Shown here in pieces: positions 36,101-48,351 of a DNA stretch of 64,000 bases (its first letter is position 1; every line of letters starts with the position of its first letter). The stretch lies in the NCBI GenBank assembly GCA_965153285.1, contig OZ229116.1; one strand, written 5' to 3'. This stretch comes from Podarcis tiliguerta. Taxonomy: Eukaryota. Under the pieces are notes generated by a model, which was not told the origin of the DNA, searched no databases, and saw only the letters and a list, made by a program, of their open reading frames with translations. A program made the translations under genes and the position numbers.

Positions 36101-37524
36101 CTTAAAAGTCAGAGAGTAATCGAGGTAGGGGTTGTAAAAGATACATCAGGAGAGAGCGTGCAAGACATCGCACACCCAACTTGTAATTACTGTGGTCTCC
36201 CTGGAAACATGAATAATTACCATGGAGACAGGCAGGCAAATAATACCCACCAAAATATTTTTTTTTTTTGGGGGGGGGGGACCTCCTGAAAAGACATGGT
36301 CAGGGAAAAAGAATGACAGATGCCTCCTTGTTTGTGACAGGTGAGATTAAGTGGAGGGAATTTAATTTTGCTGGTTTCCCAAAATGGGAGTGTGGGGCAT
36401 TGTAAAATGCCATTTACCATGTCAAGGAAATTCAGTACAATAACACACCTGTTATCTATTTTTAAGGAGCGAATGTGATAAATGTGCCTTTATTTTAGAA
36501 GTTAGTGTGTTGCAGATTACGTACATGCTAAATTTTAGCTTACTGTGTGGCCGGGAAGAACCATTCTCTCTCTCCCCACCACCATTTTTTGCCTTGAGAG
36601 GCTGGCCATATCCGGAATACTGCAGTATTTGCTCCAAAACAGCTTTTTTTGCCCGATTTTGCCCAAAAAGCTCAGTAACTTTGGCCAAGACTAAAGGGGA
36701 AAAAAAGGAAGAAGCCCAACAACTTTGCCAAAAAAAATCAACAACTTTTCTGCCTGGATTTTCACTGTTTGAAACATGGCACATTTTTAGTCCCTAATTT
36801 TGAATGAGTTCTAAACAGATCCATATTTTAGTTTTTTGGTTTGGGGGTGAGGATCTTGGATATTTGTGGCAAATTTTTGGGCACTAGCCCAGTGTGAAAC
36901 CCTAATACCTCTTCTGTAATTCTGTCTGAGAATCAGTAAGACTCAACTGTGTATACATACTGTAATTATAAGTTTCTGTGTTGCTTCTGTTGCAAAAGCA
37001 AAGCTGCTAAGTCATGCTGACACTAGGAAGAATCATTTTTGAATGACAAATCCCCGTGAATTTTCAGGACAGATCTGTTATTTATTCATTTACGTATTTA
37101 TAAAAAATATTTATATACTGTACTGCTGTATCTTAAAAATATATCACAGTGTTTTGCAACAATACAAACCAGACAATAAAATAATAAAAAAGCTAAAAGC
37201 AAGTTAAAAGCAAATGATCCTCAGGGTCCCTTCCTACTCTAGAATTCTATGAGTCTATGAGATTATTGTGGATGATGTACTCTTAAATGGCTGCATAGGA
37301 CTGGCGGAATAGAAAAGTTTTCAGCAAGCGTTTAAAAGATGGCACAGAAGGCAGCCACTGAATCTCTATTGGCAAGGTGTTCCACAGGACTTGGCCGATG
37401 ACACTCAATGCTTGGTTTCTCATAGCTGCCAAATGAGCTTCAGAGCTTCACCAACTTAGGGAACGACCAGAGATGCTCTTGCAGATGATCTCAGTAATCA
37501 AGCTGGAATATAAAGGTTCAGGTT

Positions 37525-38095
37525 CAGTGGCAGACTTGGGTACAATGGTGCCCTGTGTGAGGCGAACCCCCCCCCCATCCCTGCACTGCCTTCCCAAAGA
37601 TGGGCAAGGAGGCACCTACTGTAGCTTTGGAAAGGAAAGGCTTGAGGGCTTTGCCAAAGCCCTAGAGCCCTCCCACCTCCTTCTCAAAGCTGGAAAAGTC
37701 CTAACTAGGCTTTGGGAAGGAAGTGGAAGACTCTGGGACCTTGCCAGAGTCTCACACCTCCTTCCCAAAGCCCAGCTCCACACATACAGGTCTTTGAGAC
37801 AGCGCCCTCTTGACTCGGCACCCATGATTTGCACAGCCCTAAATCCTCCCCTCACCTCATGAGAAGAGAAGACTCACTGGAAAAGACCCTGATGTTGGGA
37901 AAGATGGAGGGCACAAGGAGAAGGGGACGACAGAGGACGAGATGGTTAGACAGTGTTCTCGAAGCTACAAACATGAATCTGACCAAACTGCGGGTGGCAG
38001 TGGAAGACAGGAGTGCCTGGCGTGCTCTGGTCCATGGGGTCACGAAGAGTCGGACACGACTGAACGACTAAACAACAACAACAAATCCTCCCCTG
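37525..38095. mobile_element. hAT-like MITE containing a BovB insertion in its right TIR
   Basis: Ends CAGTGGCAGACTT / TAAATCCTCCCCTG, TSD TTCAGGTT / TTCAGGTG. Confidence 0.6.
37853..38082 (+). mobile_element. BovB (RTE) LINE 3' fragment
   Basis: HLMRREDSLEKTLMLGKMEGTRRRGRQRTRWLD, (AAC)n tail, 12-bp TSD AAATCCTCCCCT. Confidence 0.92.
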
Positions 38096-38801
38096 TTCAG
38101 GTGGTCCCTGAGGTATCCTGAACCCAAGTTGTAAAGGGATTTGAAAATCAATACAAGGACCTTGAAGCTGGTTCGGTAGCAGATGAGCACCCAGTGCAGA
38201 TGCTTTATCAAGAGTGTCCCATTGGCAATCAGGCCACGGCATTCTACACCAGCTAGAGTTTCCGAACCAGACCCAAGGACAACCCCACATACAGCGCATT
38301 GCAGTGATCTAGACCCAAGGTTACCAATGCATGGACTGCAGTGGGCAGACTATTCCTGTTCAGAAATGGTGGTAGTTGGTGAACCAAATCAAGCTGGTTA
38401 AAGGCACTCATAGCCACAGAGGACACTTGGGCCTCTAGGGGCAAATTGGTATCCACAAGTAACCCCAAACTACACACTTGCTCCTTCAGAGGGTGTGCAA
38501 CCCCATCCAGAGCAGGTAACTTGCCAATTTCCTGAACACGGGAACAACCCACGCAAAGAGCCTCCATATACCCATGATTCAAACACAGTTTATGGGCCCT
38601 CACCCAGTCCACCACTTCATTCAGACACCTATCCAAAACTTTCACAGCCTCTCTGGATTCAGATGTTATGAAGAAGTAGAGCTGCGTGTCATCCGCATTC
38701 TGGTGACACCTAGCTCCAAAACATCTAATGACCGCATCCAACGGCTTCGTATAGATATTAAACAGCACTGGGGAGAGAATAGTATCCTGTGGAAGCCCAT
38801 A

Positions 38802-38936
38802 CAGCGGTTCTCAACCTGTGGGTCCCAAGATGTTGGACTACAACTCCCATCATCCCTGAGCTCTGGTCTTGCTAGCTAGGGGTGATGGGAGTCGTAGTTC
38901 AACAACATCAGGGGACCCACAGATTGAGAAAGGCTG
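38802..38936. mobile_element. Palindromic hAT-like MITE (GGACTACAACTCCCATCA family)
   Basis: TIR CAGCGGTTCTCAACCTGTGGGTCCC. Related pieces at about 3715-3760, 7600-7710, 10361-10474, 43215-43325, 46650-46770 and 51588-51662. Confidence 0.7.
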
Positions 38937-40376
38937 CTACAAATGTTTCCAAGTGTGGAATTGGGGTGGAAGGTGCCTGTCACAAATTATCCACTCAAGT
39001 CCTGAAACAAAGTAGCCCAAACATTTTAACTTCACTGGTAAAGCTGGCAATACTAACCTGTATAGCCAATGTTGCTTTAATGGTATCATGATCATCAATG
39101 TAATAACCTCAGTGCTTGTTCAGCAAAAAATGTGTGTGTTGGATTTTGATATGATCGCTGCATGCATCTTATGTGAGAGTGATTAATCATGCAAGCAAAG
39201 CATTCATCAAAAGTTGAGAAATGGACTAAAACTGAAAAATAGGGTGTTTACACAAGTGGAACAAATGGCAAAGAAGGACACTGGAGAGATGCATCTCACC
39301 TGACGCATCAGTTGGTCCAGGCAATAGCCGGAACACTGCAGTCGAAAGCAGTGTCTGGGTGGAAATCGCAGGAATGTCTGGGGAAATCCAGACGTATGGC
39401 AACTTTGGGTATCAATAAGTTTTGTGCCCAGATTGTCACTTTTTGAAATATGGCAACCCTACTCAATAGCAACCACAAGAAACGTCCCAGCATCACACTC
39501 AGCAACCAACATATCAACATTGAAACTTTTGTGCAAAAGTGTATAGCATTTCATTCATTCAGCGGTCATGCATTTTATACCTCTGTTTTGCCACAAGGTG
39601 GTAGGCTTGTTTCACATGAAGAAAAATGGTTCTAGAAACTGAAGTGCAATTTAACATGGGCAGTCTCTCAAAAGCAAACATAAAAATGCAAGAGAGAAAA
39701 ATACATAATAAAAACAGGAACAAAGCAAAAAAAAAAAAAACAAACAAACAAAAGAAAAAAACAAAAAAACCCCAAACAAAAGAAACAAAACAAAAACCCC
39801 AACAACCCATAAACCAAAGAAAATCACTCTTCTCAATGGTCAAAGCCAGAGCTTGGAGCAGAGTTTTGCAGTGTGAGCTAGAAGGTAGCAAGAAAGAGAT
39901 TTACAGCAACGTCTGAAAGCAGTGTTTGATTTCTCTTTGAATCCAAGGCTGTGGCTATGGGAGAAACAAGACCCTTTTGTGGTGTTAATGCTGTGAACCC
40001 CTTCAACGAATCAAATATCATGGAGAAACCACAGTCTCCGCTGTGCCTCTTTCCCAAAAAACACACAAACCTTAGCTAAGCTCCTGGAACCCCTAGAATC
40101 TCTCGCCACTCAGAGAATCAGGTGACGTGCAACAATATTTAGGAAATGAACATTAACTGCTAATCAGCAGTGTTCCTTCAGACATCACAGTGATTCTACA
40201 TTGAGAGTAAATGCCATGGGTGATTGGGTGCAATGCATTTGCATTCCAAATAGATGGTGTTTGTGAAGCCATTTGATCAGGAGAGCCAAAATGCACTGTC
40301 TGAGCTCATAATTGCTATGGAGAAGCATAGAATTACTATCCGGAGAAGAAATGAGCTTCAGGCTCATTCAGCGCAA

Positions 40377-40758
40377 GGAGCAGGTGGCGCTGTGATCTAA
40401 ACCACTGAGCCTCTTGGGTTGGCTAATTGGAAGGTCAGCTGTTCAAATCCGCCTGATGGGATAAGCTCCTGTTGCTCTGTCCCAGCTTCTGTCAACCTAG
40501 CAGTTCGAGAGCACGCCAGTGCAAGTAGATAAATAGGTACCACTGCGGTGGGAAGGTAAACTGTGTTTCCGTGCTCTCTGGTTTCTGTCACAGTGTTCCA
40601 TTGCACCGGAAGCGGTTTAGTCATGCCAGCCACATCACCCAGAAAGCTGTCTGTGGACAAACGCCGGCTCCCTTGGCCTGAAAGCGAGATGAACACCACA
40701 CCCCATAGTCACCTTTGAGTGGACTTCACCGTCCAGGGGTCCTTTTCCTTTACCTTAC
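40377..40758 (+). mobile_element. Older Sauria SINE
   Basis: Diverged head, conserved GTGCAAGTAGATAAATAGGTAC core, ACCTT tail. Confidence 0.85.
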
Positions 40759-41300
40759 CCCAGGAAAAGCAGCAAAAGTTTGCCAACTCCTTTTGTATTG
40801 GAAGTTAGGAACAGACTAGATCAGTCCCCTGTAGATCTTGTCCACATTTTTGTGCTTCTGTTAAGATTGCATATTTTTAGACCGGGGGAAGAGGAGAGTG
40901 TTGCTTTATAGCACTGCTGATTTTCCACGAGGTGTTAAAGAACAACCAGGTTACATCCATATGGTGCTTCCGACCTACGCTTCCCATATGGCTATGCAAA
41001 AGTTTGTTTGGGTAAATGCCCTGTCGCTAAATGATTATCACCACAGGATGAAATTAATCTGCACAGAAGGGTGTGACTACTGTTGCTACTTCAGAAGCTG
41101 TTCAAGAAGCAGAGTGTGAAACCACTTCTCTTGAGTTTTATGTGGGGCTCTTTAGCTTTGGCAGTTCTTACGGTGGCTGGAAAAGACACTTGTATGAAGA
41201 TGAGTGGATTTTTGTGACATGAGATGGCTGTGCCAATTTTAAACCAAGAACCAGGAAGCAGAAACAGGGATTGATTTCCCCAAGTGTATCTTGAGACAAA

Positions 41301-41652
41301 CGGGATGCGGGTGGTGCTGTGGGTTAAACCACAGAGCCTAGGACTTGCCGATCAGAAGGTCGGCAGTTTGAATCCCCTTGACAGGGTGAGTTCCCATTGC
41401 TCAGTCCCTGCTCCTGCCAACCTCCAGTTCGAAAGCACGTCAAAGTGCAAGTAGATAAATAGGTACCGCTTCAGTGGGAAGGTAAACGGTGTTTCCGTGC
41501 ACTGCTCTGGTTTGCCAGAAGTGGCTTAGTCATGCTGGTCACATGACCCGGAAGCTGTGCCGGCTCCCTCAGCCAAGAAAGCGAGATGAGCGCCGCAACC
41601 CCAGAGTCGGTCACGACTGGACCTATTGGTCAGGGGTCCCTTTAGCTTTACC
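41301..41652 (+). mobile_element. Sauria SINE, 14-bp TSD TATCTTGAGACAAA
   Basis: TSD at 41287-41300 and 41653-41666. Confidence 0.92.
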
Positions 41653-42492
41653 TATCTTGAGACAAAATAAATATACTGGTGTACCCATTCCTATGTTAAA
41701 ACATAATGGATGCATCCCTGGTCAATAGCATGGAGTTTTCTGTATAAAAACAAGCCATGAGGACCAGACCTTATAAAACTGGCATACTGTGGTTCATTTC
41801 TGCCTGAAGGAAGGCAAGACATAAATGTAACACATTAAAAAGAAAACACTCTGTGAGGAAGACAGATATTACTTTTTGGTTTATTGGCTGCTGTATAGAA
41901 TGACCTCCATATGAAATCAGTAGAGAAGTTCATAGATACTTTATGACTTACCCAAAGGCAGTGTTCTCAGTTGGAATTCTTTCTTTTCATCTTTGCTTGC
42001 AAATAAAGCCCTCTAGGTGAAGGGAAGAATGGAATCAGCTTTCTCAAATTAAGTCATACCAGGAATGTGGGGGCGGGCAATATAATTTTTTTAAATTGCC
42101 TCTGAATAACTTTTAAAAGCACATCCAGCTCCAAACCATATTCTGCACTTTCTAGGACACTTTGGGTCACAGTTTTTAAGGAGGGAAAAAGCTACTCTTC
42201 ATTTCATCTTTCCCTGTGCTCCTCCAGTATACTAGCCAAAGAGAAAGCTCTCATATAAAAACATTTGTCTATTTAATTAATGTATATTCTGCTTAATATT
42301 TCAACCAAAATCTAACCAAAAGGAAACGATAAGAAAATTACAATGCAAATTCTGCATTCAGAATCAAACAAGAATGATGCTGCTACTCGTAATAGTTCCA
42401 CATTTTAAGCAAGATAATTAAACAGGGACCCAAGGCAGCTTACAGATAAAAATAAGAACAATTAAAAACACAGGGGGAAACAAACAATCATA

Positions 42493-43038
42493 GTGTCTGG
42501 AGTGTCTGGAGGCGGTTGGAGGATGGATGGCGGCTAACAGATTGAGATTGAATCCTGACAAGACAGAAGTACTGTTTCTGGGGGACAGGAGGCGGGCAGG
42601 TGTGGAGGATTTCCTGGACCTGAATGGTGCAACTGTGCCCCTGAAGGACCAGGTGCGCAGCCTGGGAGTCATTTTGGACTCACAGCTGTCCATGGAGGCA
42701 CAGGTTAAATCCATGTCCAGGGCAGCTGTGTACCAGCTCCATCTGGTACGCGGGCTGAGACCCTATCTGCCTGCGGACTGCCTCGCCAGAGTGGTGTATG
42801 CTCTGGTTATCTCCTGCTTGGACTACTGCAATGCGCTCTACATGGGGCTACCTTTGAAGGTGACCCGGAAACTACAACTAATCCAGAACGCAGCAGCCAG
42901 ACTAGTGACTGGGAGCGGCCGCCGAGACCATATAACACCGGTCTTGAAAGACCTACATTGGCTCCCAGTACGTTTCCGAGCACAATTCAAAGTGTTGGTG
43001 CTGACCTTTAAAGCCCTAAACAGCCTTGGTCCAGTATA
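42493..43038 (+). mobile_element. L2 LINE ORF2 fragment
   Basis: WMAANRLRLNPDKTEVL...SLGVILDSQLSM...LDYCNALYMGLP...LHWLPVRFRAQFKVLVLTFKAL. Confidence 0.9.
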
Positions 43039-44044
43039 CCAAAAGTGCGCTGGAACAAGATGTCTTCCTTCACCTGCTGGCAGAAGGACAAGGAGGGAGC
43101 CAACCTAACTTCTCTAGGAAGGGAGTTGCAGTGTCGGGGGGCAGCCACCAAAAAGGCCCTCTTGGTGTTGCTTCTTGCCATCCACTTGCACAGGAACGAG
43201 GAACCTATTGCCCTCCGGAAGCTGTTAAGACTACAACTCCCATAATCCCTGACCACTGGCCACGCTGGATGGGGCTGATGGGAACTGGAGGCCAACTGTA
43301 TCTGGAAAGCCACACATTCCCAACGCTGCACTAGCATATCCATCACCCTGTGGCATTTTCTGTGTTGACCGTATTTCCTTGCACTCCCCAACCCTATGGC
43401 AGATGAGATGCTTTTAAAGATTACTTAGAGATCTTTACAATTCAAGCAAATCATTTCTTCTAGATGCTATCTGAATGGCTGGCTGATTTTAGGTCTCCCT
43501 TCTCCAGCATCTCCCTGTGTCCTGGCTCACATTGTTCAGAAAAGTCCCTGGAGAGGTTTTGTGGGTCACTGATGGCTGCTGTGGAGGGGTGGGGAGAGGA
43601 AGGAAAATGAAACTTCTATCAACTTCTTTAAGTTAAGTTAACTTCTATCAACTTCTTTAAGTTAACTTTTTAAAGGAACAAGCCCCTACTTATCTTCTAT
43701 GCAACCTCATAAAATGTTTGAAAACCAGCCAGGTTACCTCCTTCCACGCCAATCACATTGCTTCATCATTCCAAGATCTTTTATTTGCATCTACAGTATG
43801 TAATTTGCTAGTGATGATTGGGAGAATTGCCTTGCTGGGATTTTCACCTGTTGAAATGAATGTGTCAGTGGGCTGCCAATCTAAAGTGAGCTTGGAAAAG
43901 TGCTTGCTACTTTACCCACACAAACCCTAACAGAAGCTATGTGTGGCAGGCAGAAATTCAACAGATGCAACCTTCCCAATCACCGTGTCTCCATGCCAGG
44001 AACAGGGCGATGGAATTTTGAATTCTGCACATTAATATCAATGT

Positions 44045-44395
44045 GATCATTCTCTCTCCCTAAGGTGGCTGGATGGCGTCTTGTGCACCTCCTTCTGGCA
44101 AATCCTGCAGCCAAGCTGATGAAAATATATTGCTCTGCTTTCCTTTGGACCACATCAACGAGGCTGGGGGGGGTGTGTCTTGTCATCTGGGCAGTCCAGG
44201 ACCTCCATACACGCTGTCCAGGCTTGTGTCCCAGAGAGGTCAGTGCTGCTAATGAAGCAAAAACAAAGCAGGAGGCAGCAGTTATGACTTACTGGTCTCT
44301 CCAGCCACAGCAGCCACTGTGATTCTCCAGGAGTTGAACTTCACCCCCAGAGGCACACTCCATTGTCTTTCGAGATAGAGGGGTGCCAGCAACAG
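44045..44395 (+). mobile_element. Short non-autonomous RTE-related element
   Basis: 3' end CTCCATTGTCTTTCGAGA...TGCCA matches the 3' end of the RTE at 47200-47250. Confidence 0.5.
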
Positions 44396-44820
44396 CGGCA
44401 AGAGTATTGTTAGCCCAGAAATGGAAGCAAGAAGAAATTCCGATGAAAGAAGAATAGCAGACGAAGTTAACGGACTACTCAGAATTGGACAAAATGACAG
44501 GAAGGATTCGAAACCTGCGGGACCAGAGATTTACAGAAGATTGGAAGAAGTATATGAATTATTTGAAGAGCAACTGTAATCAACAAATTACACTAGTAGG
44601 ACTACAAGAAGCTTTCTAAGGAGAAATATACGGTGTTACAAAGTAGAAAAAGATAGAGAACTTGGTTATGCGTTTGAAATGTAATGGGGAAAATAAGAAA
44701 TGCATACTAAGAGATTAGATTGGAAAATTTTCAGACAGGACTGATGGAAGTCAAAAAAATTGAATAAGATGTAAAAGTATGTTTAATTACTGTTGAAAAT
44801 GATATGTTAAAAAACTAGTG
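44396..44820 (+). mobile_element. L1-type LINE 3' end (ORF2 C-terminus plus AT-rich UTR)
   Basis: ARVLLAQKWKQEEIP...TEDWKKYMNYLK, with an in-frame stop. Confidence 0.7.
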
Positions 44821-46933
44821 TGTGTATATATATATATATATATGAGATAGAAGGGTGCCAACAACTGCACTGTATTCCCATGGGGCCAATTCAGTTGTTA
44901 AAGCACTTCCATGTAGGAAATACTCAGGCTACACTTGGTGGGGGCCCTTTCACAGCCTGAGGGCTGCATTTTCCCTCAGGAGGCTGTGCACTTTTCTTCC
45001 ATGGAAGTTTTTAAGCAGAAGTTGGATGGCCACCTGTCAGGGATGCTTTAGTTGAGATTCCTGCATTGCAGGGGGCTGGACTAGATGACCCTGGGAGTCC
45101 CTTCCAACTCTACAATTCTACCAGAAGCCATATGGGTTTCTGATTTGATTTGATTTGAGGTTCCCAATCCTTGGGCTGCAATATTCCAGTTTACACTGTA
45201 CAGTGGAACCTCTACTTACAACCATAATCTGTTCTGGAGGGGGGGTTGAAAGGAAGCAGCCGATCGGTAAGCGATCGGGAGGGAGATAAGGGATGCTAGC
45301 AATAAAGGAGGCTGCCTGGGAGTGGGGAGGTAAAAGCCCATGGATCCTCAGCATGTCCATGGCTATAGCCTGCACCAAAGAAATCACACATTCACTGTTT
45401 TGTGGGGCCGCAATGGCGCAAAAACATGGTTACAAAGCACGGCTCCACATGGATTCTCAGGATTTTTGTATTGGGCTACACCAAACTCACTGTCAAATCA
45501 TACGTCTGTGGCCACAGCATGAACCACAATAATCATACATCCACTGTTTCGTTCAGAATATTTTTTTTCTTGTTTTTCTCCTCTAAAAACTAGGTGCGTC
45601 TTATGGTCAGGTGCGTCTTATGGAGCGAAAAATATGGTACATTACCTGGCTTGGTTGCCTTGCCCCTGCAACCTCCCCAACCTTCCATTGCGAAACTGTC
45701 ACCTGCAGATGTGTCATCATTTGCACATGCGCAAAGGCTGCCTCAAATGTGCACACCTCAGCTTAACTGCGAAATGACCGTGGCTTTCTTTTTCAAATTG
45801 AATGGAAGTTTGGTTTGAGGAAAGATACATCAAACGGCAGTATTTCTTGAGAAACTGCAGGATTGGTAGGAATTATTGCTAACGTCATGTGTACACAGCT
45901 TGCAATACCAGCAGGGGGAGCGCCCTGGAACCAGAGTTCTGAGAAAAAAGAGCACACTGGAAAGCTGAAAGGCATCTATCTCATCAAAACGTTCAATGTC
46001 ATGGACTGAGAATCAGAGTAGAAAGAATGGATTAAAGAGGCGTACGATAAAATGTCGTTTTAAAACCCCATTCAAGTACCTGACCTAAACTTGTTTGAAC
46101 TCAAAATACCAGAGGGCCAGATCAACGCCCACTTTTTCTTTTCTCTCATTCTTTTCCTTTCTCCCCTGAAGGCTGAACAAATTACAAAGCATTCACTTTA
46201 AAATAAAGAGCGCTCGTGACATCTGTAACTGAGAACTCAGCATTAATTCACTGCAGCTGTTGTACCTGAAAGGAAAAAATATGTGCCTTTGCAGCATCGA
46301 AAGCCAGTGCTTCTCATCCGATGGCTGAGCCGAATGAAAGATGTAACACCACTTATGGTCACCAGAAAAGCAGCAGGAAAATGCCATCTGGATGGTCTGA
46401 GTTCTCCCAAGACACTTCCTTTCTAGGAAAAAGAGCTCCAGAATAAAATGAAATAAAATTTGGCGATGTATAAAAATAGGTTGTCCAGATGCTTAGAGAA
46501 TGGCACATAGCTGACACACACAACTGGATTCCAGCACATTTATGGATGCCCTGTGCAAGCTGTCTGACAATCAGTGGGAAATAAACACATCCCACCTCTC
46601 TGATAGGGCAGCTGTACCCTTTTTACTGTGTAGGCAGACAGCTTCTAGAGCAGGAACATGGCCCTTCAGAGGTTGTTGAACTCCAGCTCCCATTCAGCAT
46701 GACCAGTGTTCATGACTGCTGGGAGCTGTAGTCCAACAACATCTGAAAAGGCCACAAGTTCCCCATCCGTGGAGGGCACCGTGCTCACCTGGTGCCCTCC
46801 AGATGTTTTGGACTGTCCTTGATTAATGGTATCTGATTTATTTATTTTAAAAAATCAAGCTGCTGTTCACTACCATTAGTTCCAAAGCAGGGTATGATGT
46901 CACTAAAAGAGGAGTAAAATACATAGTAATATA

Positions 46934-47174
46934 CAGTGGTACCTTGGGTTACATACACTTCAGGTTACATACACTTCAGGTTGCAGACTCCGCTAACCCA
47001 GAAATAGTACCTCGGGTTAAGAACTTTGCTTCAGGATGAGAACAGAAATCGTGCTCCGGCGGGGCGGTAGCAGCAGGAGGCCCATTAGCTAAAGTGGTGC
47101 TTCAGGTTAAGAACAGTTTCAGGTTAAGAACGGACCTCCGGAACGAATTAAGTACTTAACCCGAGGTACCACTG
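46934..47174. mobile_element. Tc1/mariner MITE (same family as 5435-5660, inverted)
   Basis: TIR CAGTGGTACCT.GGGTTA. Confidence 0.85.
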
Positions 47175-47543
47175 TGGCAACAAAACACACCATTGTAAAC
47201 AGTCTTCGTTTGGCATCAGTTTGTCTCGGGAGACAATGGAGGAGCGAGTCTTTGTGGGTGATTTCAAACTGTTGGAAGATTACAGCACCTGCTGTGGCTG
47301 TAGAGACCGATGTTGGAGACACATGTTCATTGCAGCTGGAGCAGATGAAGGCATCCAGATGTGCTGCTGCAGATGCATCAAGGTGTTTCTTCTCTCTGCA
47401 CTCAGCCCAGCGGGCATCCCTCTTCTGGTCACTGCTATGGATGCATGCCTGACTGTCTGTCTCCAGGCACTGTGGTCGTCTGCAAGGGATTCCCATATGG
47501 CACAGTTGATGTTGCCAGCCTTCACGTCATGTCTGCAGACATC

Positions 47544-48351
47544 TATTGGCAAAACCTATTGGTGTTTCGCAACTTTCTGACTAGTGGCAGGACCTTAGCC
47601 AGACCTAGCAGAGTAAACGCAGAGTTCACGAAAGCGATAGGCAACTTGGCTGCAGACAGGTTGGACGAAGCAGGAACCAGGAACTTGTAGTTAGGTGTTT
47701 ATTATACACAGTGGACTATTTACAGGAACAGAACAGAACACGGATCTTTAGCTAGCTCTCATACACAACTCACAACTCTCAACCTCCAACTCCTACACCG
47801 ACACTCGTACTAGTTAAAGGTAAAGGTACCCCTGCCCGTACGGGCCAGTCTTGCCAGACTCTAGAGTTGTGCGCTCATCTCACTCTAAAGGCCGGGAGCC
47901 AGTGCTGTCCGAAGGCACTTCCGGGTCACGTGGCCAGCATGACAAGCTGCATCTGGCGAGCCAGCGCAGCACACGGAACGCCGTTTACCTTCCCGCTGGT
48001 AAGCGGTCTCTATTTATCTACTTGCACCCGAGAGTGCTTTCAAACTGCTAGGTTGGCAGGCGCTGGGACCGAACGACGGGAGCGCACCCCGCCGCAGGGA
48101 TTCGAACCGCCGACCTTTCGATTGGCAAGTCCTAGGTGCTGAGGCTTTAACCCACAGCGCCACCCACGTCCCATTCGTACTAGTTAGTAGGCCATTAATC
48201 ATTATTCCCTTCAGAGAGCTTGACCAATCATGGAGCTGTCTCCATGCCTCTGTATTACCAGGCAGAGTTACTCCTTCACATTGCCTCTTGGCTGTCTGGC
48301 AAACCTTAATTGACTCTGTGTGAGTAGCTACACGTATTCAGATTCCCAACA
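47544..48351 (-). mobile_element. Solo LTR (about 440 bp net of the nested SINE)
   Basis: Minus strand TGTTGG...CCAATA termini, 5-bp TSD ACATC (47539-47543, 48352-48356), internal AATAAA. Confidence 0.75.
47817..48172 (-). mobile_element. Sauria SINE nested in the LTR, 12-bp TSD TCGTACTAGTTA
   Basis: TSD at 47805-47816 and 48175-48186. Confidence 0.9.

Larger units (their letters stand above)
37300..38790 (-). mobile_element. Degenerate L2 LINE fragment (RT C-terminal), interrupted at 37525-38095
   Basis: LFNIY...NADDTQLY...HALVTLGLDHCNALYVGL in ORF 38253..38768. Confidence 0.85.

Noticed and set aside
39559-39916. Phe-rich and Lys-rich ORFs
   Set aside because: Translations of an A-rich low-complexity tract at about 39700-39825; the same applies to 62254-62577 and 13201-13454.
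42527-43108. 193-aa ORF (also 1128-1624, 22936-23400, 38253-38768, 50888-51241) as host genes
   Set aside because: All are LINE ORF2 fragments (L2, CR1, BovB).
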